The position numbers and the translations under genes were made by a program. Positions 26,101 to 39,700 of a stretch of 64,000 bases of DNA are shown here, one piece after another. The notes below the pieces were generated by a model. It ran no database searches. It was not told the DNA's origin and saw nothing but the letters and a program-made list of their open reading frames with translations. The DNA is from Azolla caroliniana (Eukaryota; Plantae; Polypodiophyta), in contig JBHGNT010000020.1 of assembly GCA_043228905.1 (NCBI GenBank), positions 8,308,001-8,372,000 of the forward strand, written 5' to 3'. Each line of letters opens with the position of its first letter. Positions within the stretch are counted from its first letter, which is position 1.

Positions 26101-28650
26101 TTTGCAGGAAGAGCTATATATTCAATGGGAGACCTTTATTCCGGGTATGATCAATTTCAACTTGCTATCAAAAGTCGAGATATAACTTCTATCAAGACAC
26201 CTATAGGGTTAGTACGGATGTGCACCTTGCCGCAAGGAGCGACCAACTCAGTGGCACATATGATGAATGGAATGAACAAGGTACTTCGTGATTTTATTCC
26301 TCATATTACAATGCCTTTTCTAGATGATGTTCCAATTAAGGGATGCAAGGAGGAAGAGAAGAACGAGGAATTGGACGAAAGTGGTTGCCGTCAATTCGTT
26401 GCTGATCATATCAAGGATTGTGAGAAGGTGCTATCAAGGATGGAAGAAGTGCATTTGACCTTATCAGGGGCGAAGTCAATATTTGGGGCAAAAGAGATAT
26501 TAATAGTTGGTCATATGTGTGGCCCGTATGGGAGAAAGCCATCCCCAACCAAGGTCAATGCAATTCAAAATATGCAAGAGGAATGTACATCCATCTCAGA
26601 AGTACGAAGGTTTCTGGGGGTATGTGTTTTTTACTGTAAATGGATTCCGCATTATGCCCATTTATCTGAACCTTTATATAGACTCCTAAGAAAAGGAGAG
26701 ACATTTGAATGGAGTGAAGAGCATTCAGAGGCAATGAAGAAATTGAAGTACTACTTGGCACAAGCTCCACCATTAAAGCAACCAGACTACACCCGGCCCA
26801 TATATCTCACAGTAGACTCTAGTCCCATTGGAATTGGATGGGTGATAAGCCAACAAGATAGGGAAGAAAGGTATCCAGTCCGATTCGGGGCAAAGGTTCT
26901 TAGTGGTCGACAAAGAAAATATGCATAGGTGAAAAGAGAGCTATGGGGGATAGTAACAGCTGTAAAGACAGACAGAGATTACTTAATTGGTGCTGAAGTA
27001 ATAATAGAAATAGATTGTTTGCCTATTTTGGGTATCATAGCTAATTGTGATATTCCAGATCAAGCCATGTTAAGATGGTGTATCTATATTAGATCAATCA
27101 ACCCTGAAGTTCGACATATCTCTGGGAATAGAAATGCAGTAGCAGATATGTTATCAAGAGCAAGGTATGAGGAAGAGGAGATTCCAGACTCGGACAATGA
27201 GGACAAAGAACAAACAGTCCTTACCACAAGCATTACTCGGGAAGGAGGAATGCAGTTTCTAGAAGAGGAGTATGAAGATGAATTCAAGGAAATAGGGAAA
27301 TACCTACAAACCCCTGACAAGTACAAAGGTCGATCTGGAAAAGAGTTCGCATAGTTTCGCAAGAAAGCCCATAAGTTCTTCCTGTATGAAGGATATCTAT
27401 GGCGACATCCGAAAACCAAGACTGGAAACCCAGAAAGAGTAATAGGTTCTGAAGGGCAGAGAAAGGAGATAATCAAAGAGCTGCATGACAAAGAATGGGC
27501 TGGTCATCGAGGAGTGTGGGCCACTTTCAGTAAGATTAAAGAACGATTTTGGTGGCCTCGATACTATGAGCAAATAAAAAAGTATGTGGAAACTTGTCCC
27601 ACTTGTCAATATTATTCAAATGTAAAATTTTGTGATGAATTACACCCAACATACTCACCGGGGGTGCATTACAAGTTGATGATAGATTTGGTAACAATGC
27701 CACTTGGAGTAGGACAAAAGAGATACTTGGTTCTTGCTAGAGAAGATCTAACAAATCAAGTGGAAGGTCGTTCATTGAGAACAAAAGGGACATTAGGAGT
27801 ATGTCAATTCATCTTGGAGGACATTGTTTGTAGATATGGATGTATCGGGAAGATAGTGGCAGATAGGGGAGAACTCAATTCTGCGGAAGCTCAAGATTTT
27901 TTCGACAAAATAGGAATTCGGCTTTCTTTGACAACGGCGTACAATCCAGAAGCTAATGGAAAGGTAGAAAGGGGACATGGGCCAATAGTCAAAGCTTTGG
28001 CAAAGGCATGTAGAGGACGGGTTAGTGATTGGCCAAAAACCTTACCCTATGCACTATGGGCTGATAGGACAACTCACAGCACTGTTACTGGATATATGCC
28101 TGCAGAATTAATCACAGGACAGAAGCCAATAATGCCAATTGAAGAAAAGATAACTACATGGGTTGTGTTGCCTTGGGAATCAGAAATGAGTAGGGAAGAT
28201 TTACTTGCGGTTCGAATACGACAACTTCAATCAAGGATAGAAGACATAGAAAAAGCAGCTACTAGATTGAAAGAGGCAAGAATCAAGAATAAGGACAGAT
28301 TTGACAAGATGAAAAGAATACGACCAAGAAAGGTGCAAGAGGGAGATTGGGTATTAGTATATGATAATAGCCTAGATAATCAATACAGTACTATTCGGAA
28401 GTTTGCAAAAAGATGGTTTGGACCTTACGAAGTTAGGAAAATAACAGATAAAGCCACATATTTCCTCAATGAATTAGATGGGACAGAAATTCGTATCCCA
28501 ATTGCAGGAAAAAGGATTAAAATATTTAAAAGGAGGGAGTCATTAGAGCCTGAATTTTATGAAGAAGTAGAAGAACTAAAAGAATCGGAAGAAGTGTTGG
28601 ATGAACTCTGCACAACCAATGTGCAAGTTCAGAGGGGGTGGGTGTCGTGA
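23124..28650 (+). pseudogene. G2 gag-PR and RT-RH-INT with in-frame stops
   Basis: CMWCDSINH knuckle, IDHGSEIN, DLYSGYDQ, LPQGATNS, FLDD, NPEANGKVERGH, WFGPY. Confidence 0.9.
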
Positions 28651-29374
28651 AGAATGTGCTTCACGATATAAAAATGAGCTTAAATGTTGTATTTAATAAT
28701 ATTCGAGAGACTTGAACCCACATCCTTATATACGATGTACAATGTACATACCACTAGGCTAGGCTATTTATTTGTAAAAGTGTGTAATAAATGTGCTTCA
28801 TGATATAAAGCTATATATTGTATTAAGTAAAATTGAGGGACTTGAACCCTCAACCTTGTATATCAAGCACAAACCATACACCACTAAGCTAGGTTATTTG
28901 TTTTAGGGTTATATCCATCATTATACTTATCCCAATACATGGGAGCTCAAATGAGCATGATGGCTATCATGCATCACATGCAATGCATGTGCGCCAAATG
29001 GCGATCATGCATCAGATGTAACTCATGCATTACATGCATGACATTACCATATGCATGGAAATACTTATAAAAAGAGAGGAAAGGAAAACAAAAGGGAATC
29101 AAGGAATCAAGAGAGAGTGAAAAAATAATACAATCAATTGAAGAAGACTAGCTCATTGGGTGGAGAACCTCTCGTTTCGAAGTTGAGGTCGAGGGTTCAA
29201 ATCAAGGGTCGGTATTGAAAAGATTCATCTTGCGATCAAGGATTGTAAAGTTGGTAAAATATTATATTTTTAATATACATCATGTTATATCATATACTCT
29301 TGTTTCTAGAATCATATTTTGTCTAAATCTTCTTTCTTGAATCATACATTGTCTCTATCTTTTATCTATGCTCA

Positions 29375-29422
<48 letters not shown>

Positions 29423-29562
29423 TACTTGTAACTCTTCGCCGTACTACCCTTAACCATTCTATCATCACCATACAAGCCTTATTAAAAGTTAAGTTTCTTC
29501 AACTCCCCTTAACCTTAGTCCCCGCGACTTCGCCGCACGAACCACAACTACCCCGACAACGT

Positions 29563-32500
29563 CAAGGTGACGCAACCCGAGCGCACCGGAGAATTGCCGC
29601 AACTTGTCTAGACCAAGAGGCTTAGTGAAGATGTCAGCAGTCTGCCGATCCGTCGGCACGTACTGAAGTTTGACTTCACCGGAAAGGACACGCTCACGGA
29701 CGAAATGGTAATGCACCTCAATGTGCTTGGTCCGTGCGTGGAAAATGGGGTTTTTCGCGAGCTGGATGCTGCTGAGGTTGTCGCAGTAGATCATCGTCGG
29801 ATCTGACACCTCCTCTTGCAGGTCCGTAAGTAGCCGCTTCAACCATATGGCTTCGCATGTCGCGACAGCCGCTCCTCGGTACTCAGCTTCGGTGCTCGAC
29901 AGTGCAACTGTCGGCTGCTTCTTACTGCTCCACGCGATCACGGCACTCCCGAGGGAGAACGCGTATCTAGACGTGGATCGGCGATCGGCGGCGTTGCCAG
30001 CCCAATCAACATCGGTGCAGCCGACTAACTGCGCGGCTGCACCGGTCCGATATAGCAGTCTGCGGTCCTTAGTGCCGCTTACGTACCGAAGTACGCGTTG
30101 CGCACACTGAAGGTGCTCCTCGGTTATGTCGCTCCATGAACTAACTAATCACCCCGACTGGATAATTGAGGTCAGGTCGGGTGCTGGTCAAGTATATGAT
30201 GCTTCCGACAATTTGTCAGAACCTCGTCGGTTCGAATAGCTTTCCCGTATCGGGACGATGCTTGACGATGCTTGACGGACTTACAGTCGGCCATCCCGAG
30301 TTTGAAGAGCATACCCAACACGTAATGACGTTGGCTGATCAATATGCCTTCGGGGGTACGGATCACTTCGATCCCGAGGAAGTAATGAAGGTCCCCCAGA
30401 TCCTTCATGTCAAACGATGCCGCAAGCTGGAGCTTCACGCGGTCGATTTCACCTAGGTCGACGCCGGTGATGACCAAGTCATCAACATATAGTAAAATAC
30501 TAACCGATCCGAGTCGACCTTTTCGGATGAACAGGGAAGAGTCCAATTTTGTCGTGACGAAGCCCATCCGACGCAGTTGTTGCGTGATCTTCGCGTTCCA
30601 GGCACGCGGGGCTTGCTTCAGTCCGTAAAGGGACTTCTTCAGTCGGCATACTGCCGAGGAGTTCGTTCCAGAGTGAAATCCGGGGGGTTGTACCATGTAC
30701 ACCTGTTCCTCAATGTCACCTTGCAGGAACGCATTCTTTACATCCATCTGATGTAAGTGCCACCCCTTCACCGCAGCTATTGCGAGCAAATCACGAACGG
30801 TCGTCATTTTCACGACCGGCGCAAACGCCTCATCGTAGTCAATGCCGTGTTTCTGCGCATAGCCCTTTGCCACTAACCGAGCCTTGTACCGGTTAACGGA
30901 GCCATCGGTGTTGTACTTGACCTTGTACACCCACCTACACCCGATCGGTTTTACCCCTGTTGGTGCGTCAACCAGGTCCCAGGTCTCGTTCTCCGCCAAT
31001 GCGTGCATCTCTTCCTCTATCGCGGCATGCCAATTCGCGTCTTTAGCCGCTTCTGCGTAGCTCTCCGGCTCACGCACTTCCGCTACACGGGTCATGTACG
31101 CATAATGATGCGCCATGTACTCGTTGTATCCGAATCGCAAAACAGGATTCTTCTGGCGGGTAGATCGGCGTAATCTCACACTAGCCGATGTCGAGTCCTT
31201 CTCGGTCGACGCGGTCTTCACCTTTAAAGACCCGTCACCGGTTCCCTTGGAGTGGGACTCGCGTCGGTCTAACTCGTTCCTATCCGTGCCGGAATCCGAC
31301 ACCTTCTTCTTCCCTTTCTCTTTGCACGTAAGCCGTCTCCGCGGCTTCCTGCGCGGGGAATGCACGGCCGAGTCTCCACTATCGCCGGCTCTTCATCGGA
31401 CTGGTCGTACCGACTCAGTCATCCAATCGGTCCACTTAAACGGAGCGAAATCGGACTCTCTTCGCGGGTCTCGATTTCGGGCTCATCCGGAGGCAGCTCG
31501 GCCTCGCTGACCTCATCGTCAGAACTCGGATTGGAGTCGGGGTTCAGAGTCGGGGGCTGGTACCAGGACACGGACTCGTCAAACACAACGTCGCGGCCAA
31601 CACGCGCTTGTTTGGTGCGAGGGTTATAGCACTTATAACCCTTCTGCTCGTCCGAGTAACCGACCAAGATGCATTTCTCGGCCTTTGCGTCCAGCTTTCT
31701 CCTTTTCTCCTTCGGTACATGCACATACGCAACGCTACTGAACACCCTTAAGTGTCGCAAGTTCGGCTTCGTTTCGAAATATAGCTCGTGCGCCAACACT
31801 TTGTCTCCGATCCGGTTCTAGATGTATACCGTGGTCCTTACCGCCTTGGCCCAGTAGAACTTGGGCAAGCTCTTCTCCTCCAGCATTGCCCGTGCCGCTT
31901 CCACAACTGACCGATTCTTCCTCTCGGCCACGCTGTTCTGCTCCCGCGTGTATCTACAACTGAATTCGCGCTGAATTCCCATTTATTGTAGATAACCGTT
32001 GAATTAACCGGAAAAGTACTCTTTCTCGCCATCCGACCGCAGACACTTGATCTTTCGTCCCGTTTCCGTTTCCACGAAACCTTTGAGGTCCTGGAAACAG
32101 TCGAAGACTTCGCTCTTCCTCTCAATGAGGTAGATCCACATGTGCCACGTGTGGTCGTCGATGAAGGAGACGAAATATCGGCTCCCGCCAAGACTAACGT
32201 TTTGTGCCGGTCCCCACACATCGGAGTGTATAAGGTCAAGCTTGTTCCGGCTCTGGTTTCGCTCGTTGGGGAAAGGAAGTCGGTGTTGCTTTCTGAGCTG
32301 GCAGGCTTCACAAATTTGTGCCTTTCGGCCACTAAACTTGGGCAATCTAAACACTACCTGTTTCGATTGCAGATCTTGAAGCCGCTGGTAGTTGACGTGG
32401 CCTATCCGCTTGTGCCACAAGTCGATGTCCGACTCGGCTTTTTGTCCCTTTGCGAACATTGCAGTGCCGCTGTCAGTGGAGTCGAGGATGAACATCCTCC

Positions 32501-33830
32501 CGTCTTTGCGCCCTTGCGTAATCACACGGCCTTCTTCCTCAATGAAGCACCCGAGGTGTGTAAACCCAACCTCCATCCCTTGGTCGACGATCTGTCCGAC
32601 CGAGACCAAGTTCTTCGTGATTGTCGGAACGTGCAGACGTTCATGAGTTTCCCTTTCTACCCGACATGGCTAAGGGGACCTTCTCTGACACTCGCGATCG
32701 GATGCGGAGTGTCGTCTCCAGTTGCGACTACTCCAGGTTGTATCGGTTTTTCAAGGTACGAGAACCACTCCTTATGGCTCGTCATGTGGTTTGAAGTGCC
32801 GGAGTCTACGTACCACACCTCGTCCGATCTCGGGGTGGTTCGTTTCATTGAGTTTGCTTCGTGTCTCGTCACGAAGGCAGACCCTTCTCCAGCTCTCCTG
32901 GAGTCTTCGGCGTAGTGCGATTGCTGCCGATTTCCCTTGTCGGTATGTCCGGAGCCGTTTCCGGAACCGGTTCTCTCCGACTCGGCGCGCTTCTTCCAGC
33001 ACTCACTTTCCCTGTGGCCTTTCTTGCCACAGTACCAACACTCCGCGATGGCCTTCCCTTGCCGGTTCTCATCGCTTCGACTACCCCTGTTTCCGGAGGG
33101 TCCGGAATTGCTGTAGGCATCACTTCCGTGCCTTCTTCCTTGATCTCGTCGGCCGCCTCCATTGCGCGCCGACTTGCCTCGTCCTCCACGTCCACGGGGC
33201 CTATCTCCCTCCATGTACAACATTCTGTTGTCGGTGTGCGTGCTTGTAGACGCACCCGTGTGGTTCTCCTCTACCAGGAGCATTGACTGTAAGTCGAAAA
33301 AGGACGGCGTATTCTCCCGGGTACACACAACCGTTCGGAACGCTCCGAACTTCGACGCCAAACCTCCGAGACAGATCTGGACCATCTCGCTCTCCTCGAT
33401 GTTCACCTCTATGGAGGTGAGGGAGTCGCAGATATCCTTGATCTTCGAGGTATGGTCCGCCGCTCGACAAGTCGCGTTATCGTAGGTTGCTCAACTCCTG
33501 TCGGAGCTGAAGCTTCCTGGCTGTGGTGCTCGTGGAGAAAATCTTCTTCAGATTTTCCCACGCACCCTTCGGTGTCTTTGCATCCCGAACATAGCTCAAT
33601 AGTTGTTCACCCACACACGACGCGAAGCAGTATAATACCCTGCTCGCCGATTGCTCCCACGACGGGAAGTCTCTGTGTGTTGATTCGGGTGCCGCGTCAT
33701 TAGCTCCTTCGACATAACTCCAGTAGCCATGCCCGAGCAGGTACTGGTGCATCTTGTAGGACCAAGACGCATAGTTGGTTCTGTCGAGCTTCTCTGTTGG
33801 AAGCGAGCTCGCCATGCCTCTATCCATCAT
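29563..33830 (-). pseudogene. C4 gag-pol
   Basis: CWYCGKKGH, WYVDSGTSNH, IHSDVWGP, YVDDL, TADIFTK; frameshifted; last codons continue at 22165 (HLDV|PNLRG). Confidence 0.92.
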
Positions 33831-35720
33831 TCTTCTTGTTCTTCTTCGTCAAGCTGTGTCGGCTGCAGAGAGGTTCTCAACCCTCACGCTCTGATACCAT
33901 GTAGAAAGTAACGTGCGGAAGCAAGTATGAAGACCGAATAGAAGGAAGGAAACTCAGGTTCAATGGAGAGCTTGAGCTTACACGGTATACGCGGGAGAGA
34001 CACAGAGAGAGAGTGAGAGAGAAGACAAAAAATATAACAAAAGTACACAATCTCTATTCACCACTCTCTATACATATGTGTGTTCAATGAACACTTTTAT
34101 ACAAGTCCTAGAAGGACTGACAGAAGTACTGGCAATACTTCAATGCTCATTTAGAGCTCCTACACTAACTCCCAAATATATTCCTGACGGAATATCTTTC
34201 TTAACGACCTCCCGGTTTACGCACTCGGCCTAACCGATCGGTCCCAACCGATCCGGTCTTCGGCTTCTTCAGCCGATCCGGCCGATGTTGAGCTTGTCTC
34301 TCAACATTATAGATCATAACAACACTGTTGAGCACCTAGATGTTGTGGAGAAGATGACGGAGCCCACCACTTGCAATGGGGTATCTACGGCTGTACAGTA
34401 TGACGATGTAACATTAGGTAAAAATGTGGCCCTAAACCCTATGTTCATTGTTTGCAAACTTTTGAGTATGTGAGTTGATACCAATATTCTTTGGAATCCC
34501 ATTAATTATGTTTACAAGAGCAGTCTGATTCCCATTTGCAATCAAATGAATCGGGAACTTCATGGAGCACAAGTGCAGAGTCAGATTCTGGTCAGAGTCA
34601 GAATCAAATTAACCTTTGCACGGAGGCAGACTCTGGAAGCACATCTTCCACACATGAGGATTGTGAGAAAAACGAAGCATTCATATGTGAAGAGCAGCTG
34701 GCATGTACAAACAACACTATGTCTAAAGAAGCCTATGAGGAGTGTGGAAAGAATATGGCAAGTACTGAAGAGAAGATTGAAGCCCATGAAGAGTGTGGAA
34801 AGAATATGGCAAGTACTGAAGAGAAGACTGATTGTACTGATAATGTGGCAAGTGTTGAAGAGAAGACTGATTGTACTGATAATGTGCTAGTACTGTCTAA
34901 AGATTCCCATGAGGATCATGGAAAGAACATTGCTAGTAATGAAGAGGAGCTTGATTGTACTGAGAATGTGCTAGTAGTGTCTTGTGAAGCCCATGAGGAT
35001 CGTGGAAAGAACATCGCTTTCCCTGAAGATAAGCCTGATTGTACAGAATCCCATGAGGAGTGTAGAGCGAACAACGTTACTAATAAAGGGGGGCTTGATT
35101 GTACTCAGAGCGAGCATACTAGCATCACCCAAGAGGACCAGGCAATAACGACCACCCAAGCAGGTACACGTTGTCTTAAGAATGAGGTGACATCCACCGT
35201 ACAAGAGGAGTTGACCATGACTACTGCCACGGTCCACATACAAGAGTCTAATAAGAACGAGTGTATAGGCATCAGTGATGATGATAGGGCAATAAAGATC
35301 GCTAGGAGTACAAGCATTCAGGAGATGAGTGATAATTTGTCTATCGACAACACCTTTGTGGATTTGTGTACAAGCATTGCAGTTGTAGAAAACACAGTTG
35401 CTCTCTCAAGCTTGCCACCAGTACAAGGTGCCCGCGCATCCACACCTGTCTCTGATGCCTCTGATGATGAAGTGCCACTTAGTCAGCTCATACCTAAAGG
35501 CTTTAAGATAAAGAAGAATGTAAAATCAGAAAAATCTGGCACCAACAACAAGCGCATTACAAGATCGGCCAAGTTTCCCTCTAGTGCCTGATTGTCTTTC
35601 GATTGTACTTGAACTTTAGTTGTTAGTGATGTCTGAAATTGAACTATTTGGATACCAAAATACTGTTTCAATTGCCAATGTCAAAAATCCAGTTCATGAA
35701 TTTGAAATAGTTATACCAGT

Positions 35721-36613
35721 GTGAAATCAAGTTCATGTTTAAGGATTGCTTCTGTATTTTGCTCGTCAACATATATCAAAAACAATGGGAATATACTTTT
35801 TGATCTAAGTATTCTTATTTTACAACGTTTTGTTTCTTTTTTGAGATCATCTCCTAATCCTCGCAAAGTCTTTCAGTCTGTTGTAGATAAAATGCTTGAA
35901 AGTCTTCTTAGCTTGCTAGGAAAATTTAGGTTTTCAGGTGTTGATGATGAGAAACAGAAAATATCGGGTGTTATTGAAGATATACTGAAGTATAGACTGC
36001 TTCATCAATCCCATTTGGAGAGTAACCAGAATGTGTGCAAATTGTTGAAGCAATGTGGGCCATATTTTGATGATATCATCCCAAAGGATGAACCATCCAC
36101 TAACAGTAGTAAGGAAACACTTACCTTTTTGAGCTATCACAAATTAATGTTTCAAGAGTTGGATTATTTTGTTAAGGAAAGGAAGGTCTGTACTTTAAAA
36201 TCCATAGCCTGGATATTCAGGACTTATATACAAGAAGTTAAAACTCAGATGGCTTCACAGGACATATCATGAAACAAAAAAGGATTCTGAGAGAATAATT
36301 TTCTTTGTTGTCTTCACAGAATTCATCGCCCCCTTTGAAGAATGAACTTACAGTAGAAAATCTTACAAAATTAAAGTCTTTAATGAATTCAACTAACAAT
36401 CTTCTCTTGGTAGCAAAAGAAGAGCAGATTTATGTGCCAAAAGAGGACACACCAACTCTTATGAATCTAGACTTTATCAAGAAGATATACAATATTTTTA
36501 CTCATTTTAACATGGCTCTGCAAAACTTCTATGCTCAAATAACATCAGGAAACATGAGCAATATCGGCAATGAAGTAATCCAAGTCCTGTTGACAACAAC
36601 TAATATATTATGA
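35721..36613 (+). pseudogene. Unassigned AT-rich ORF remnants between cargo gene and transposase 3' end
   Basis: 183-aa and 102-aa ORFs with helical, protein-like composition; no recognised motif. Confidence 0.3.
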
Positions 36614-36758
36614 AAGATAAGTACAAGTGGTTGAGAGGCATAAACACTTTAGAAGAAAGACAAAATATATCAATTCATTTGTCAATCATCAAAATTAATA
36701 GAGAACTCCAAGTGGATGTTTTTCAATTTTTTGGTACAATGTATTGATAGGGTGACTT

Positions 36759-39700
36759 TCAAGCATTAAATAGAGAGACTTCCCCTAATATTTGCTCATG
36801 AACCTCTTGGGGGACCTTGTAGACAGTGTTGTATCCCTTAACCTTGTGCTTTGCTTGAGTCATATTGAATTTGATCGCAAGAATGGCATCAACGTAGATT
36901 ATTGCGATAGGTGCTTCTTTTAGTAATGCATATGTGTTCTTGCACTGCGGCAACTTTGCATAATAGTTTCCATACACGACAGACTCACCAACGTTGAAAT
37001 TGTTGCCCCAACCATCCCTCACCACTTCTTTCAATAATGTCTTTCCTTGCTTGCACACCACAATGTAGTAGTCTTCTAAATCTTCATTCTGAGGAGATTT
37101 GAGCAGTGCAAAATGATCTCCAACTTCCAATAAAACTGCCAAGTCTTGATTTTGGTTGTAGTATACAATATCGTTTGAATGCACATCCCCTTCAATATCA
37201 TCTTGTCGTTCAAGCTCAAGCTTCTGTAGCTTCCAGGGCTCCACGATTGATAGGTTGATGCATTTATCCCAAGCTTCATCTAGACACATGGAACAAACGC
37301 ATGATAAACTACGGAGTAACAATTGTGTTGTGTCCTTGCGGCTAAACCCTAACACACAATGGGTGCTGCATGTGCCTTTCACGGTTTTACAACCATATGA
37401 TTTAGTTCTATCGACCTCATCAGCGCGAACTTCAACAAACAATCTGTTCTTACCATCATTTGACATCTTCGATGTTAGCCACTGCACAACATCATGTGCA
37501 TTTTGTAACTTAGCACCATTATTATCCAACTGCTCACTTGTAAGGGCACGTTTGATCACAGCCCCCGCGCCATCATGCTCTCCTTTTCCATGTCTAGACC
37601 CGAAGTAATTCCATTGCATACGAATATTGAATAAGGAGAAATACCTGCTTTGGTATCTCTGGTTTCCAACAAAATTAGTACTATGTTGTCAATTGAGAGT
37701 ACTACACTTCCATTAATACTGATTTAGTACAAATACAAAACAAAGCATAGCACAACGTATCCATTGAGAACACTCTACACTTATTAAAAGATAAATAGTA
37801 CTATGTTGTCAACCAACAGTGCCTGGCCTCCATTTAATACTAACTTAGTATGGATATAGCACAAAGTATAGTACAATGAGTTCATGGAAAGCACTCTACA
37901 TGTATTAACAGATAAATAGTACAAAATGTTCAATATCGGATAGTACAGTACAATGTGTCCACAGAGAACACAACCCTCCTTAGAAGATCATTAGTACTAC
38001 AAGACATGTACTTTACATCCCCCAATAAACACTGATTTAGTATAGATACAACACATAGTACAATACAGTGTGTTCATGGAGAACGTTGAACATTGATTAA
38101 TAGATAATCAGTACCACATAGTGTGTTTACAAGATGAGTACAAGATGAGTACAATACTATGAGTACAACATGAGTAAATACTGATTTAGTACAATTCTCT
38201 GAAGGACGGACAATACTATGAGTACAAGATGAGTACTTTACATCCTCTTGTAAACACAACATAGTACAGATACAACACACAACATAGTACAATGTGTCTA
38301 TGGAGAACCCTTCACATGGATTAAAACATAATTAGTACAATTCTCTTAAGGACGGACAATACTATAAGTACAAGATGAGTACTTTACATCCTTTTGTAAA
38401 CACAACATAGTACAGAACCAACACACAACATAGTACAATGTGTCTATGGAGAACCCTTCACATGGATTAATCGATACTTAGTACAATTCTCTTAAGGACG
38501 GACAATACTATAAGTACAAGATGAGTACTTTACATCCTTTTGTAAACACAACATAGTACAGAACCAACACACAACATAGTACAATGTGTCTATGGAGAAC
38601 CCTTCACATGGATTAAAACATAATTAGTACAATTCTCTTAAGGACGGACAATACTATAAGTACAAGATGAGTACTTTACATCCTTTTGTAAACACAACAT
38701 AGTACAGAACCAACACACAACATAGTACAATGTGTCTATGAAGAACCCTTCACATGGATTAATCGATACTTAGTACAATTCTCTTAAGGACGGACAATAC
38801 TATGAGTACAAGATGAGTACTTTACATCCTTTTCTAAACACAACATAGTACAGATACAACACACAACATAGTACAAGGTGTCTATGGAGAACCCTTCACA
38901 TGGTTTAAAACATAATTAGTACAATTCTCTTAAGGACGGACAATACTCTAAGTACAAGATGAGTACTTTACATCCTTTTGTAAACACAACATAGTACAAT
39001 GTGTCTATGGAGAACCCTTCACATGGATTAATCGATACTTAGTACAATTCTCTTAAGCACGGACAATACTCTGAGTACAATATGAGTACTTTACATCCTT
39101 CTATACACACAACATAGTATAGATACAACACACAACATAGTACAATGTGTCTATGGAGAACACTTCACATGGATAAAAAGATAATTAGTACAATTCTCTT
39201 AAGGATGGACAATACTATGAGTACAAGATGAGTACTTTACATTCTTTTGTAAACACAACATAGTACAATGTGTCTATGGAGAACACTTCACATGGATTAA
39301 AAGTTACTTAGTACAATTCTCTTAAGGACAGACAATACTATAGAGTACAATACGAGTACTTTACATCCTTCAGTAAATACTGATTTAGTACAGATACAAC
39401 ACACAACATAGTACAAACAAAATTAGTATGCATGCATCCATTCACAAGTGCAAGATTCGAATAGTTACAAACATAATTAGTATGCATCCATGTGAATAGT
39501 ACTGTTTGTTAATAGTTACAAACATAATTAGTATGCATCCACTAACACAAGATTTACTTCCTTACACATTGCATGATAAGTACTAAAAATATGGATTAAA
39601 AATTACCTGGCGATAAAGTAGAACGATCGTGCCGCCTTAAACTGCGAGGCAGCACCATCAGACCAAACCCAATGACGGTTAAAGGTTAACCCTAGAGAAA

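Larger units (their letters stand above)
22166..29558 (+). mobile_element. Ty3/gypsy G2, tRNA-Trp PBS, 4-bp TSD ACGT
   Basis: LTRs 22166-23084 and 28643-29558 (TGTCG...CGACA, near identical); ACGT at 22162-22165 and 29559-29562; PPT AGAGGGGGTGGG. Confidence 0.95.
21222..34306 (-). mobile_element. Ty1/copia C4, structurally complete but degenerate (~5.7 kb net)
   Basis: 407-bp LTRs 21222-21628 and 33900-34306 (about 5 differences); TSD TTATA; iMet PBS 33888-33899; PPT at 21629-21638; gag-pol 33830 to ~22140 split by G2. Confidence 0.95.
17325..35591 (+). pseudogene. Spliced cargo gene of the Sola2 element: basic TP-repeat N-terminus, coiled coil, RING-H2 finger, acidic repeat tail; interrupted by C4
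   Basis: Exons ~17325-18330 (two frameshifts), 18423-18607 (C-x2-C-x15-C-x-H-x2-H-x2-C-x10-C-x2-C), 20667-20993, 21073-21221 + 34312-34417, ~34519-35591; GT-AG junctions preserve frame. Confidence 0.7.
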
